Positions 18,666 through 29,568 of a stretch of 64,000 nt of DNA are shown one piece after another. The notes below the pieces were generated by a model. It ran no database searches. It was not told the DNA's origin and saw only the letters and a list, made by a program, of their open reading frames with translations. The DNA is taken from positions 1 through 64,000 of the forward strand of contig CAWKNZ010000005.1 in assembly GCA_963851265.1 (NCBI GenBank), read 5' to 3'. This DNA is from an uncultured Gemmatimonadales bacterium. Lineage in GTDB: Bacteria; Gemmatimonadota; Gemmatimonadetes; Gemmatimonadales; Gemmatimonadaceae. A program made the position numbers and the translations under genes. Each line of letters opens with the position of its first letter. Position 1 is the stretch's first letter.

Positions 18666-19763
18666 ATGCACACGCATACGGCCGTAGGAACGGCCATTCA
18701 CTCGCCCGGGGATGACCGTCCGCGGCGCGTCCGCCGCGGCGCGTCGATCATCGCCTCGTTAGGCTTTCTACTTCTCGCCGCGCCGGCACGCGGCGTGCTG
18801 CGCGCGCAGCCGGTGCCGGGGTTGTCGGCGAGCGGTCTCGATTCCGTTCGGATGGCGCTCGCATCGGGCGATTGGAACGAGCGACACGGCGGGTTGTCGC
18901 GGTTGAACACTGCCTACACCGGCGCACTGCCGGGATCGGTCGTGCCCTGGGTGGTCGCCCTGTTGGCGCGTGAGGCCGCCGCGACTGACGATCACGAGGA
19001 GGACGAGGATTTCGGGGAGTACCTGGTCGATCTCGTCCTCACCGCGGTGCGAACGGGGGACGTGCGCACCATTCCGGGGATCCTGGCGCTCGACGGGTTG
19101 AGCATGTCGTCGGGGGTGGCCGCGTTCGTCGCATCGCAGGGTCGCTCGGTGATGCCGGCGCTCGATTCGCTTGCCGCGACGCGGGAGGACCGCGCGTCCG
19201 ATGTCGCCGAGGCGTACGCGCTGATGTACGTGCGGCACGGCGCGCGGCTGACGCGTGACGATTCGGCGCAGGTGCTTCGCCGTCTCGTCGCGGCGGCCTC
19301 CCATCCGTCGCCCGCGGTGCGTGCGCAGCTCGCGTACCTGGCCGGGCGGGGTCCGATCACCGAGTTGCTGCCGCTCGTCGCCGAGTTGGCGGTGTCGGAC
19401 ACGGGGCGGATCGACGGGGTGTACGTGGTGCGGCACGACGCCGGGCAGGTGTTGCCGGCGCTGACGCGGGCGCAGGCCGTGTTGACGCCGGGTGCGCTGC
19501 TCGACCGGCTCGTGGTGCTCACCCGTGCCGCGTGTGACGAGGCCGACGGCCGGCTGCGGTGGCACTGTGGCGCGCTCGCGGTTTCGCTCGGGAGTGCGGT
19601 GCGGCTCGTCGCGGTCGGGCAGCCACGGCTCGCCGTGGCCGCGCTGGACGCCTACCGCGGGATCGCGCGCCGGACGGTCGCGGAGGGGTTGGTGCCGCGC
19701 CTGACCGGCGTCACGCTCGAGGGGGCCGCGGCCGGGGTCGTCGACCGGCTGGGCGGTCGTTAG
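18666..19763 (+). CDS. Exported helical-repeat (HEAT-like) protein with FIMAH-like C-terminus
   Basis: Signal-like IIASLGFLLLAAPARGVLRA|Q; HPSPAVRAQLA and VRHDA HEAT-like segments; C-terminal L..A..LV..GQP..A...LDAY...L pattern. Confidence 0.55.
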   Translation: MHTHTAVGTAIHSPGDDRPRRVRRGASIIASLGFLLLAAPARGVLRAQPVPGLSASGLDSVRMALASGDWNERHGGLSRLNTAYTGALPGSVVPWVVALLAREAAATDDHEEDEDFGEYLVDLVLTAVRTGDVRTIPGILALDGLSMSSGVAAFVASQGRSVMPALDSLAATREDRASDVAEAYALMYVRHGARLTRDDSAQVLRRLVAAASHPSPAVRAQLAYLAGRGPITELLPLVAELAVSDTGRIDGVYVVRHDAGQVLPALTRAQAVLTPGALLDRLVVLTRAACDEADGRLRWHCGALAVSLGSAVRLVAVGQPRLAVAALDAYRGIARRTVAEGLVPRLTGVTLEGAAAGVVDRLGGR

Positions 19764-19773
19764 GCGCCGGGCG

Positions 19774-20241
19774 TCAGTCGTCCACGCGGCGGCGCGCGGC
19801 CTTCTTCTCGCCCTGTCGGCGTTTGCCTTCGACGCGTCGCGCGACCGAGGAGCGGGTGGGTTTCGTGGGTTTCCGCCGTTTCTGGACGACCGTCGCCGCG
19901 CGCACGAGGGCGGCGAGGCGTGCTTCGGCCGCCTCGCGGTTCTGGCGTTGCGAGCGGTACTCGCTCGCTACGACGCGGACCCCGCCGTCCGCGTCGAGTC
20001 GGTTCGCGAGTCGGGCCAGCAGCTGGTCGCGCAGCGCGTCGTCGAGTGCGCGCGAGGCGCGGACGTTCCAGCGCAGTTCGATCCGGGTGCTGGACGTGTT
20101 CACGTGTTGGCCGCCGGGTCCGCCCGCGCGCGACGCCTTCACCTCCAGTTCGGCGCGCGGGATGGCGAGGCGCGGCGTCACGACGAGCGCGTCGCCCGTC
20201 GCCCCGCCGGACGCTCCGTCGGCGGTGGCGGGCTCGCTCAT
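19774..20241 (-). CDS. arfB: Alternative ribosome-rescue peptidyl-tRNA hydrolase
   Basis: SRAGGPGGQHVN, RSQRQNR, basic tail RKPTKP. Confidence 0.95.
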   Translation of the reverse strand: MSEPATADGASGGATGDALVVTPRLAIPRAELEVKASRAGGPGGQHVNTSSTRIELRWNVRASRALDDALRDQLLARLANRLDADGGVRVVASEYRSQRQNREAAEARLAALVRAATVVQKRRKPTKPTRSSVARRVEGKRRQGEKKAARRRVDD

Positions 20242-20302
20242 CGCCGGTTCCAGCGCCGGTGCCCGCGCCGGTATGGGCCGGGGTGTGGGTATCCCGTCGG
20301 GC

Positions 20303-21157
20303 TCACGAGCCGTTCGCCGTCTGTTGGGCGATGCGGGCGCAACCGAGTGCCGCGAGGCGGTCGGCGACGTGTTCCGGGGCGGTGAGGCCCGCGGCGGTTG
20401 CCGGCGGGGCGAACACCGCGACGTATTCGCCGGGCGCCATCGTCTCCGTTTGCGTCTGTTGGTAGCCCATCGCCGAGAGTTCGCAGCGGAGCAGTGCGGG
20501 CGGGGTGCCGTGGCGGTCCGTTGGCCGAGTGGTATCGAGGATGACGACGCGGGCGCCCGGGCGCAGGCTCGGGTACAGGTTGTACAGAAGCCCGAACGGC
20601 TGGGAGATCTCGTGGTACATGTGGATCAGCAGCGCGACGTCGGTCGAGTGGGGCGGGAGGCGCGGGTCGTGTGGTTGGCCTAGTGCCAGGGTGATGTTCG
20701 GTTGCGGGTGGGCGTGGAGGCGTCGTTGGAGGAGGGCGAGGTACTGGGGCTCGATGTCTTCTGCCCAGACGCGGCCCGTCGGCGCGACGATCGGGGCGGC
20801 GCGCACCGTGTAGTAGCCGTCGCCTGCGCCGATGTCGGCGATCTGCGTGCCCGAGTGTGCGCCGGCGATCGCGAGGACGCGGATCGCTTCGCCGGCCTGG
20901 TCGCGTTCGTCCTCGTCGCTCCAGCGTGGCGCGACGATGCTCGACACCGGGCGCGACGGGGTCGGGAATCGGTCGGCCGCGGCCCCTGCGGGGCCGCGCG
21001 CGGCGATGCTGTCGTTCGCCGCGTTCGGCTCGGCCGCGCGTGGCGTCGCGCCCCGCGCGGCCCCCGCGGTGCTCGGGCCACACTGCGCCGCCCCTACCGT
21101 CATGAGGGTCGCCGCCAGCGCCGCGCGTGCGACCCTCGTGTGCGTGCGTCTCGTCAT
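20303..21157 (-). CDS. Class I SAM-dependent methyltransferase with signal-peptide-like N-terminus
   Basis: IADIGAGDGYY, WAEDI, HMYHEI, LRPGARV. Confidence 0.85.
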   Translation of the reverse strand: MTRRTHTRVARAALAATLMTVGAAQCGPSTAGAARGATPRAAEPNAANDSIAARGPAGAAADRFPTPSRPVSSIVAPRWSDEDERDQAGEAIRVLAIAGAHSGTQIADIGAGDGYYTVRAAPIVAPTGRVWAEDIEPQYLALLQRRLHAHPQPNITLALGQPHDPRLPPHSTDVALLIHMYHEISQPFGLLYNLYPSLRPGARVVILDTTRPTDRHGTPPALLRCELSAMGYQQTQTETMAPGEYVAVFAPPATAAGLTAPEHVADRLAALGCARIAQQTANGS

Positions 21158-22527
21158 CGCTCCCCCTCCGCCCCCTGTCCGGTTGTTGTCCCGGTGCCCG
21201 CGGCGGCCGGTGCCGCGCGGTGCACGCGGACGGCGGCCACGCGCCGCCCGTCCATCGCGACCACTTCGAACTCGCCGCCCGGGAATGTGGCGCGGTCGCC
21301 GACGTGCGGCAGCCTGCCGAGTTGGCTGAAGACGTACCCGCCGAGCGTCGTCCAGTCACCGTCGGGCACGTCGAGGCGGTGGTCCGAGCGGACGTCGACG
21401 AGCGACATCGCCCCCGCGAGTTCGAGGACGCCGTCGAACTCGACCGATTCGCGCTCGCGCTGGTCGTACTCGTCGTTGATGTCCCCGATCACCTCCTCGA
21501 CCAGGTCTTCCATCGTCACGATTCCCGCCGTGCCGCCGTACTCGTCGAGCACCACGGCCAATTGGGCGCGCGTGCGGCGCAGGTCGTCGAGCACGCGTTC
21601 GGCCGCGCGCGTGCTCGGCACGTACACCGGTTCGCGCAGGTAGTCGGCCAGCGAGAACGGCCGCGCGTCGGCCGGGTCGCGCAGCCAGAAGTCCTTGGCG
21701 AGGAACACGCCGACCACGTCGTCGAGCGTGTCGCGGTAGACCGGGTAGCGCGAGTACCGTTCGCTCCGCAGCGTCGCCCAGACCTCCTCGGCCGTCGCGT
21801 CCACGTCGAGGGCGGCCACGTCGGTGCGCGGCCGCATCACGTCGTAGGCGCGCTTCTCGTGGAAGTCGAAGACGCCGGCGAGCATCGCCGAGTCGCTCTC
21901 GTCGAGCGTGCCGTGGGCGCGGGCCTGCATGACCAGCATCCGCAGCTCTTCGGGCGAGTGGACGTGACTCTGCTCCGTGACCGCGGGGAGGCGGAGCGTG
22001 CGAAGGAGCGCGTTGTTCGCCCCGTTCAGCACCCGGATGAACGGCCCCATGATCGCCGTGAACGCGAGGAGCGGGGGCGCGACGAAGCGGGCGACCTTCT
22101 CGGCCTTCACGATCGCGGCCGACTTGGGCGTCTGTTCGCCGATCGTGATGTGGACCGCGGTGAGCACCACGTACGCCGCGATCGTCGCCGCGACGGTGTG
22201 CGTCGCCGCCGGCGGCGCCGCGAAGCCGACCGCGGTTAGGCCGGCGTCGATCAACAGGGCGAACGTCTGCTCGCCGATCCATCCGAGTCCGAGCGAGGCG
22301 AGCGTGATGCCGAGCTGGGCGGCGGAGATGTAGACGTCGAGCTGGGCGAGGATGCGCTGCACCCGCTGCGCGGACCGGTCGCCCGCTTCGGCCAGCTGGT
22401 CGATGCGACTGCGCCGCACGCCGACGAGCGCGAACTCGGCCGCCACGAAGAATGCGTTCGTCGCGATCAGGAGCGCCACGGCCCCGAGTCGCACGGCGAC
22501 GTCGCGGGCGGTTATGGCGTCGGGCAC
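21154..22527 (-). CDS. HlyC/CorC family protein (CNNM-CBS-CorC)
   Basis: NAFFVAAEFAL, QLGITLASL, GEQTPK, YSRYPVY, DEYGGTAGIVTMEDLVEEVIGDI. Confidence 0.93.
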   Translation of the reverse strand: MPDAITARDVAVRLGAVALLIATNAFFVAAEFALVGVRRSRIDQLAEAGDRSAQRVQRILAQLDVYISAAQLGITLASLGLGWIGEQTFALLIDAGLTAVGFAAPPAATHTVAATIAAYVVLTAVHITIGEQTPKSAAIVKAEKVARFVAPPLLAFTAIMGPFIRVLNGANNALLRTLRLPAVTEQSHVHSPEELRMLVMQARAHGTLDESDSAMLAGVFDFHEKRAYDVMRPRTDVAALDVDATAEEVWATLRSERYSRYPVYRDTLDDVVGVFLAKDFWLRDPADARPFSLADYLREPVYVPSTRAAERVLDDLRRTRAQLAVVLDEYGGTAGIVTMEDLVEEVIGDINDEYDQRERESVEFDGVLELAGAMSLVDVRSDHRLDVPDGDWTTLGGYVFSQLGRLPHVGDRATFPGGEFEVVAMDGRRVAAVRVHRAAPAAAGTGTTTGQGAEGER

Positions 22528-22575
22528 TGCGTAACCCCTGCGTACGTGGTTCGTCCTGGCCGGACCTCTCGCAAA

Positions 22576-24480
22576 ATGCAATACCGGAGAGACTCGGCGA
22601 GGGTGGACCGAGCTCGGCCCGCCCACCGCCTCTATCGCCAACTTCGCGCCGTGTCCGTCGCGCTCGCCCGCCAACCGGTCGCGTTCAGCGTCCCCGACGA
22701 CGTGCCGGCGTACGCCGCGGTGGCGCACGCCGCGGCGGCGCTCGACCGCCCGCTGCTCGACGTGCCCCGGCTCCGACGGCGTATCGACGCCGCACGGCTC
22801 GCCGTCGCGACCGCGATCTTCACGGCCGCGCTCTGGGCGTGGGACGGGGCCGTCCCCGCAGATACCCGCATCGCGGCCCTCGCGTTCGCGGGCGCGGCGG
22901 CGTGGACCGCGATCGCCTTCGCCGGGCGGACCTGGCAGGGCGCCGTGCTGCGCGCGACACTCGCGGCACAGGTCGCCGTCGACCTCCTGCTCGCGACCGC
23001 ATCCGTCCACGTGACGGGCGGTGCGGCCTCGCAATTCGCGGCGCTTTACGTGTTGGCGATCACCGAGGCCGCGCTCCTCCTGCCCACCGGCGGGGCGTTC
23101 CTCGCCGCCGCCGGCGCCTGTGCGCTCTACTCCGCCGAAGTCATCCGGTGGCGTCCCGTCCACACCGGCGCGCCCGGCGTCGCCCTCGCCCTCCAGCTCG
23201 GCGTCTTCGCGGCGGTCGCCCTCGGGGCGACCCTCGTCGGCGCGCGCCTGCGCCAGGCAGGTTCGGGCGGCGAGCAGCTCGCCGCCGCGCTCGCCCGGGC
23301 CCGGCACGAAGCCCGGATCGAGGCGTCCGACGTGCTGCGCAACATGCCCAGCGGGATCGTCACCGTCGACGCCGCGGGGCGCCTGCTGTTCGCCAATCCG
23401 GCCGCCGCCGCGCTGCTCGGCGTTCCGGGCGGCCACACCGACGACGCGGTCGAGCTCCTCTCGCAGCTACGGCTCGTCGCGCCCGCGCTCGGCGTCCTCA
23501 TCACGCGCGCCGCGGTCGACGGCCAGCGAACGATCCGCGCCGAGGTCGCCGTGGCACGGGGCGACGGCACCAGCGCCACCGTCGGTGTGACGACCACCGC
23601 GAGCGACGGCGTCGCGACCGCAATCTTCTCCGACATCACCGACACCAAACGCGTTGCCGCCCTGCACCTGCGCGCCGAGCGCCTCGAAGCTGTCGCCGAG
23701 CTGGCCGCGTCGCTGGCGCACGAGATTCGGAATCCACTCGCGTCGATCCGGAGTGCCGTCGAGCAGCTCGCGGGGCTGGCCACGCGCGCTCCCGCGTGCG
23801 ATGCGGCCGATCCCGACGACGTGCGCGGCGACGTTCGCACGCTCGCCGCGCTCACCGTCCGCGAGAGCGACCGCCTGAGCCGGCTCCTGGGGGAGTTCCT
23901 GGACTTCACGCGCGCCCGCGTGACCCGCCTCGAGTCGCTCGACCTGACTGCCGCGGTGCGCGCCGCCGCCGGGCTGGCCGCCGCACACCCTGATGCGTCG
24001 CGCGTGCGCGTCGCGGTCACCGAAGGCGGCCCGGCCGCCGGCGATGCGCTCGTCGATGCCGACCCCGAACTGCTCCACCGCGCGCTCTTCAACCTCGTCC
24101 TCAACGCGACCCAGGCCGCGCGCTCGGCCGTCACGGTCGGCGTGCACGTTCCGCACGCGGCCGAACTCCCGGTGGGGCTCGCGTTCGCCTCCGGCGCGCT
24201 CGCGGTTCGCGTCTCGGACGACGGCGGTGGGGTGCCGTCCGAGGTGACCGATCGCCTGTTCGAGCCGTTCGTGACCACGAAGGCCGGCGGCAGTGGACTC
24301 GGACTCGCCATCGTGCAGCGGGCCGTGGAAGCGCACGGCGGGGTGGTACTCGTCGACGCGGGTGGGGCGGGGCGGGGCGCGTCCTTCACCGTCGTCCTGC
24401 CGCGCGCGGGCTCGCGCATCGGGCGCATGGACCGCTGGACCCCTGCCGTTCCGCTGCTCGCCGTTCCACCGCTCGCCTGA
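22576..24480 (+). CDS. pilS: Membrane sensor histidine kinase, PilS-like (start uncertain)
   Basis: TM region, PAS-like segment, AHEIRNPL, NLVLNA, DDGGG, FVTTK, GSGLGL; upstream of pilR and pilin. Confidence 0.8.
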   Translation: MQYRRDSARVDRARPAHRLYRQLRAVSVALARQPVAFSVPDDVPAYAAVAHAAAALDRPLLDVPRLRRRIDAARLAVATAIFTAALWAWDGAVPADTRIAALAFAGAAAWTAIAFAGRTWQGAVLRATLAAQVAVDLLLATASVHVTGGAASQFAALYVLAITEAALLLPTGGAFLAAAGACALYSAEVIRWRPVHTGAPGVALALQLGVFAAVALGATLVGARLRQAGSGGEQLAAALARARHEARIEASDVLRNMPSGIVTVDAAGRLLFANPAAAALLGVPGGHTDDAVELLSQLRLVAPALGVLITRAAVDGQRTIRAEVAVARGDGTSATVGVTTTASDGVATAIFSDITDTKRVAALHLRAERLEAVAELAASLAHEIRNPLASIRSAVEQLAGLATRAPACDAADPDDVRGDVRTLAALTVRESDRLSRLLGEFLDFTRARVTRLESLDLTAAVRAAAGLAAAHPDASRVRVAVTEGGPAAGDALVDADPELLHRALFNLVLNATQAARSAVTVGVHVPHAAELPVGLAFASGALAVRVSDDGGGVPSEVTDRLFEPFVTTKAGGSGLGLAIVQRAVEAHGGVVLVDAGGAGRGASFTVVLPRAGSRIGRMDRWTPAVPLLAVPPLA

Positions 24481-24499
24481 CCACCCCCCACGCACGACC

Positions 24500-25879
<1,380 letters not shown>

Positions 25880-25987
25880 GACCGGCGCACGGCCACCGCG
25901 CACCGCGCCGCATGACCTCTCGCATCGTGCACGACGCGTCGCAAAACGCGGGCGGCAATACGCCGGCCCACTCTGCGTCGAAATGAT

Positions 25988-26014
25988 GTAAACCGTTGTT
26001 GAATAACGGCTTAC
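25988..26014. promoter_or_regulatory. AT-rich palindrome, candidate IHF site(s)
   Basis: GTAAACCGTTGTTGAATAACGGCTTAC; TAA-N4-TTG resembles the reverse IHF consensus; lies just upstream of the sigma54 site. Confidence 0.5.
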
Positions 26015-26030
26015 GATGAGGCGTGCGAGG

Positions 26031-26045
26031 CGGCACGCCAGCTGC
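26031..26045 (+). promoter_or_regulatory. Sigma54 -24/-12 promoter of pilA
   Basis: CGGCACG-CCAG-CTGC, i.e. GG-N10-GC, close to TGGCACG-N4-TTGC; between pilR and the pilin gene. Confidence 0.7.
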
Positions 26046-26219
26046 CTTCTCTGTCGCCGTCACCGCTCGCGAATGGCCAGGCGTTGCGCACTTCCGCGCT
26101 TCGTCGTCCGCCAACCGAGCGCTGGGCGCCCCTTCCGTCGCCGGCCTCGCCCACCCGCAGGACCGTCGCCCACCACGGGTCGACGTCGCCCCCCACTCCC
26201 CAGCTCGGAGAACCACCGT

Positions 26220-26663
26220 ATGCGCACCACCCGCCGCCTCGCCCCCCGCTCGGCCAACCGCAAGGGCTTCACGCTCATCGAACTCCTGATCGTCGTCGTG
26301 ATCATCGGGATCCTCGCCGCCGTCGCGATCCCGAAGTTCTCGAACACGAAGGACAAGGCGTTCGTCGCGAACATGAAGTCGGACCTCAAGAACCTGGTCA
26401 GTGTCCAGGAGTCGTTCTTCTCGGACAGCAACAAGTATGGCCCGAAGACGCCCCTCATCGCCGCGCCGTACAGCTTCACGGTCAGCAACGGGGCCAACAT
26501 CACGGACATCAGCGGCGACAGCACCGGCTGGTCGGCCACGATCACCAACCCGGCCGTCAAGTCGGTCCAGAAGTGCGTGATCTACAGCGGCACGGGCACG
26601 GCCGCGACCACGAACACGCTCGCCGGCGTCACGCTGACCGACGGCGTCCCGGCCTGCAAGTAA
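26220..26663 (+). CDS. pilA: Type IV major pilin
   Basis: KG|FTLIELLIVVVIIGILAAVAIP class III signal; C-terminal Cys pair. Confidence 0.92.
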   Translation: MRTTRRLAPRSANRKGFTLIELLIVVVIIGILAAVAIPKFSNTKDKAFVANMKSDLKNLVSVQESFFSDSNKYGPKTPLIAAPYSFTVSNGANITDISGDSTGWSATITNPAVKSVQKCVIYSGTGTAATTNTLAGVTLTDGVPACK

Positions 26664-26703
26664 GCACGACCCGGCAGTCGCGCGCCGCCTGCCGTTAGTC
26701 ACG

Positions 26704-26741
26704 GCGAAGGGCCCGCCCCCGCGAGGGGGCGGGCCCTTCGC
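26704..26741 (+). terminator. 17-bp perfect hairpin after pilA (terminator or mRNA stabiliser)
   Basis: GCGAAGGGCCCGCCCCC-GCGA-GGGGGCGGGCCCTTCGC; no clear U-tract. Confidence 0.7.
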
Positions 26742-26842
26742 GCGTCCGCCGTCGACGCCGAACGAGCGCCGCGGCAACGATTCGGCCCACGCCGCAACGT
26801 GCCGCCCCACCCGCCCGCGCCCCGCCGCCGTACACTGGCGGC

Positions 26843-27265
26843 GTGCCCACCACCCCCCGCCTAACGAACCCCGCGCGCGGCGCCTGCACGAGCGCCGCGC
26901 CTCCGCGCGGAGCCCCCCGCCGCGGCACCCTCCCGCAGGGTACCGTCCTCGCCGAAGTCGTCGTCGCCGCCACGGTCCTCACGGTCGGCGTCCTCGGCGC
27001 CGTGGGCGTTCTCGCCACCGCGGCACGCGACGCCCGCCGCGCCCGCATCCGCCACGTCGCCATCGCACTCCTCGCCGCGCGCACCGAGCGGTGGCGCACC
27101 GGACCCTGCACCGCGGGCGCTGGCCAACAGCGCACCGGCGCGCTCGTCGAACGGTGGAGGGCGACCTCCGCGGGCACGCTCGCGACTCTCGCCGACACCG
27201 TCACCCCCGACGGCGATCCCGCACGCCGCGTGGGCGTCGTCGCGGTCGCCGCGTGCGCCCCGTGA
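26843..27265 (+). CDS. Minor pilin, PilV-like
   Basis: QG|TVLAEVVVAATVLTVGVLG; TACACT 6 nt before the GTG start. Confidence 0.7.
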   Translation: MPTTPRLTNPARGACTSAAPPRGAPRRGTLPQGTVLAEVVVAATVLTVGVLGAVGVLATAARDARRARIRHVAIALLAARTERWRTGPCTAGAGQQRTGALVERWRATSAGTLATLADTVTPDGDPARRVGVVAVAACAP

Positions 27266-28227
27266 CGCGCCCCGTGGCACGACCCGTCACGCGCCGCGTC
27301 GCCAGGCGCGTCTCACGCGCCCGTCGCGGCACCGCGCTCGTCCAGGCGTTGCTCGCCGCCCTGCTCGGCGCCATCGTGCTCGCCGCCGCCCTCGACGCGG
27401 TCGTCCGCGTCGCGCGCGCCCGCGGCCAGCACGGCGCCCGCGCCGGCGCCCGCGCTCAACTCGAACAGGCCGCGACCGCCCTCACGTCCGACCTGCGCCC
27501 GATCACGACCGTCACCGTCGACGATGATCCCGCCGACCTGCGCACCGTCGCCGACACCGCGGTCGAGATCGCGGCGTCGCTCGGCGGCGGCATCGCATGC
27601 GCCGTCGCGCCAGCAACCGGAGTCGGCAGCACCGTCGACCTCGCGGCGCCACCCGACGCGCCCAACATGCCAGCGCTCGCGTGGTGGAGCACACCGCCGC
27701 GACCCGGCGACCTGCTCTACACGCACGACGACGCCGGCACGGCGACGCGCGCCGACGACCGCTGGACCGCCCGCGTCATCCGCGCCGTGAGCGAGGGCAC
27801 GACGTACTGCCGCACCGGACCGTTCGCCGCGGTCGCGGCGACGCCGGCCGACCCGCCGCGCCTCCGCCTCACGCTCGACGAACCGGTGCTGCCGGCCACC
27901 ATCTCCGCAGGCGCTCCCGTGCGCATCGCCCGCCGCCGCCGCTTGTCACTCTACCGCGCCACCGACGGCTGGCAACTCGGCGTTCGCGACTGGGACGGCA
28001 GCGAATGGGAAACCGTGCAGCCCGTCGCCGGACCGTTCGACACGCCCGCCAACCGCGGACTCGCCCTCGAAGCCGTCGACGCCACGGGCACACCGGTGCA
28101 GGTACCCTCCCAGAGCCGCGCGGCCGAACTGCGCGTCGTGCTCCACGCATCGTGCAGCCCGTACGACCGCCGGCTCCGCTGCGTCGACAGTACCGTCGCG
28201 GTCGTGCGGCCCCGGGGCAACACGTGA
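27262..28227 (+). CDS. Minor pilin, PilW-like
   Basis: RRG|TALVQALLAALLGAIVL; GTGA overlap with upstream gene. Confidence 0.7.
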   Translation: MTRPVARPVTRRVARRVSRARRGTALVQALLAALLGAIVLAAALDAVVRVARARGQHGARAGARAQLEQAATALTSDLRPITTVTVDDDPADLRTVADTAVEIAASLGGGIACAVAPATGVGSTVDLAAPPDAPNMPALAWWSTPPRPGDLLYTHDDAGTATRADDRWTARVIRAVSEGTTYCRTGPFAAVAATPADPPRLRLTLDEPVLPATISAGAPVRIARRRRLSLYRATDGWQLGVRDWDGSEWETVQPVAGPFDTPANRGLALEAVDATGTPVQVPSQSRAAELRVVLHASCSPYDRRLRCVDSTVAVVRPRGNT

Positions 28228-29354
28228 CCGCCGCACGCACCCGCCGCGGCAGCACGCTCGCCGCCGTGCTCATCGCGCTGGTCATCGCCATGCTCGCCGC
28301 CACCGCGGCCGCCATGCTCGGCCGCGCGGCACAGGCTGACGCCCGCGGCGCGACCGCCGCCCTCCGCGCCCGCACCGCGGGCGACGGCGCACTCGCCACC
28401 GTACTCGCGAGTTGGCCAATCGCGTGGACCCTCACGCTCTCGCCCGGCAACTCCGACACGCGTGCCGTCACGACGGCGGCCGGCGCCGCTACCGTCCGCG
28501 CGCTCCGCCTCGACCGCCGCCGCTTCCTCGTGACCGCAGAGGCCACGAGCCCCGCGCTTGCCGGCCCGCTCGGCAACGCGGTCCGCCGCGTCGGAGTGTT
28601 CGCGCAACTCGAAAACCTGACCTACGACGCCCCGGCGGCCCTCGTCGCCGCCGGACCGGTCAGCCTCACCACCGACGTCGAACTGCGCGCGGCCGACGTC
28701 GCGCCCCCAGGGTGGACCGACTGCACGGCCCCGACCGAGACGCCAGCCGCGGCCGCTGCGGCCGCGCCCTCAGTCGCCGCCGGCGGCGGTGCGCGCGTGC
28801 TCGGCGCCGTTCTCACCACGCCGACCGCGTGGACGCCGCCCGCCCCCGAACGATTCGGCGACGTCGACCGCGCCGATCTCGCCGCGCGCGCCGACGTCGT
28901 CGTTCCCGCGGGCGGCAGCGTCAGACCCAACCCGCGGGCGACGACCGGCCCCGAACCGGCGTGCATCCGCGACGCCTCGAGCTGGGGCGAGCCGTACCGC
29001 GGAACCGGTGCGGTCACCCCGTGCACGGCGGACTACCCGGTGATCCACATCCGCGGTGCCGGCCTCACCACGCTCCGGGGGCCGGCTCGCATCCAGGGAA
29101 CTGTCCTGGTCGACGGATCGATAAACGTGTCGGGGCGCGTCGAGATCGTCGGCCTCCTCGTCGTCGGCGGAACGCTGCAGGCCGGCTACGGCCCCCTGAT
29201 CGTCGACGGCGCCGCGCTCGTACGCGGCAACTCGACCGTCCTCGGGGCCGGCTCGCGCGTCCGCCGATCGCGGTGCGCGCTCGACCGCGCAGGAGCTGGC
29301 GCGTCGCGCGCGTTCCCGCTCGCCCGCCGCGCGTGGATCGACCTCGTACGCTGA
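28224..29354 (+). CDS. Minor pilin, PilX-like
   Basis: RRG|STLAAVLIALVIAML without E5; C-terminal G-rich beta repeats. Confidence 0.7.
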   Translation: MTAARTRRGSTLAAVLIALVIAMLAATAAAMLGRAAQADARGATAALRARTAGDGALATVLASWPIAWTLTLSPGNSDTRAVTTAAGAATVRALRLDRRRFLVTAEATSPALAGPLGNAVRRVGVFAQLENLTYDAPAALVAAGPVSLTTDVELRAADVAPPGWTDCTAPTETPAAAAAAAPSVAAGGGARVLGAVLTTPTAWTPPAPERFGDVDRADLAARADVVVPAGGSVRPNPRATTGPEPACIRDASSWGEPYRGTGAVTPCTADYPVIHIRGAGLTTLRGPARIQGTVLVDGSINVSGRVEIVGLLVVGGTLQAGYGPLIVDGAALVRGNSTVLGAGSRVRRSRCALDRAGAGASRAFPLARRAWIDLVR

Positions 29355-29568
29355 ACGTCGATCCGCCCTCCCGCACGCCTCGCGGGCAGCGTCCGCCGCC
29401 GCCCACCGCACGCTCCCGCTGTTACCTCGCCCGCGCGCGGCTCGTGTATCGCTCGAACCGTGGCGTGCGCGCGACACCCGGCCACCCGCGGCGGGCGGCG
29501 GCCACGTCGCCCGCGCGCCCCGGCCCGCTGTCCCGCCCGCTCCCGCCTCCGACGACCCCCTCCGCAGC

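Noticed and set aside
26063..26090. TGGCCAGGCGTTGC as the pilA sigma54 promoter
   Set aside because: GG-GC spacing is 9 or 11 nt rather than the required 10; the site at 26031-26045 fits.
27262..27320. 12-bp periodicity at the start of the pilW-like gene (similar in pilP-like and atpZ)
   Set aside because: In-frame low-complexity peptide repeats (VTRP/VARP, AHVA, GRST) explain it.
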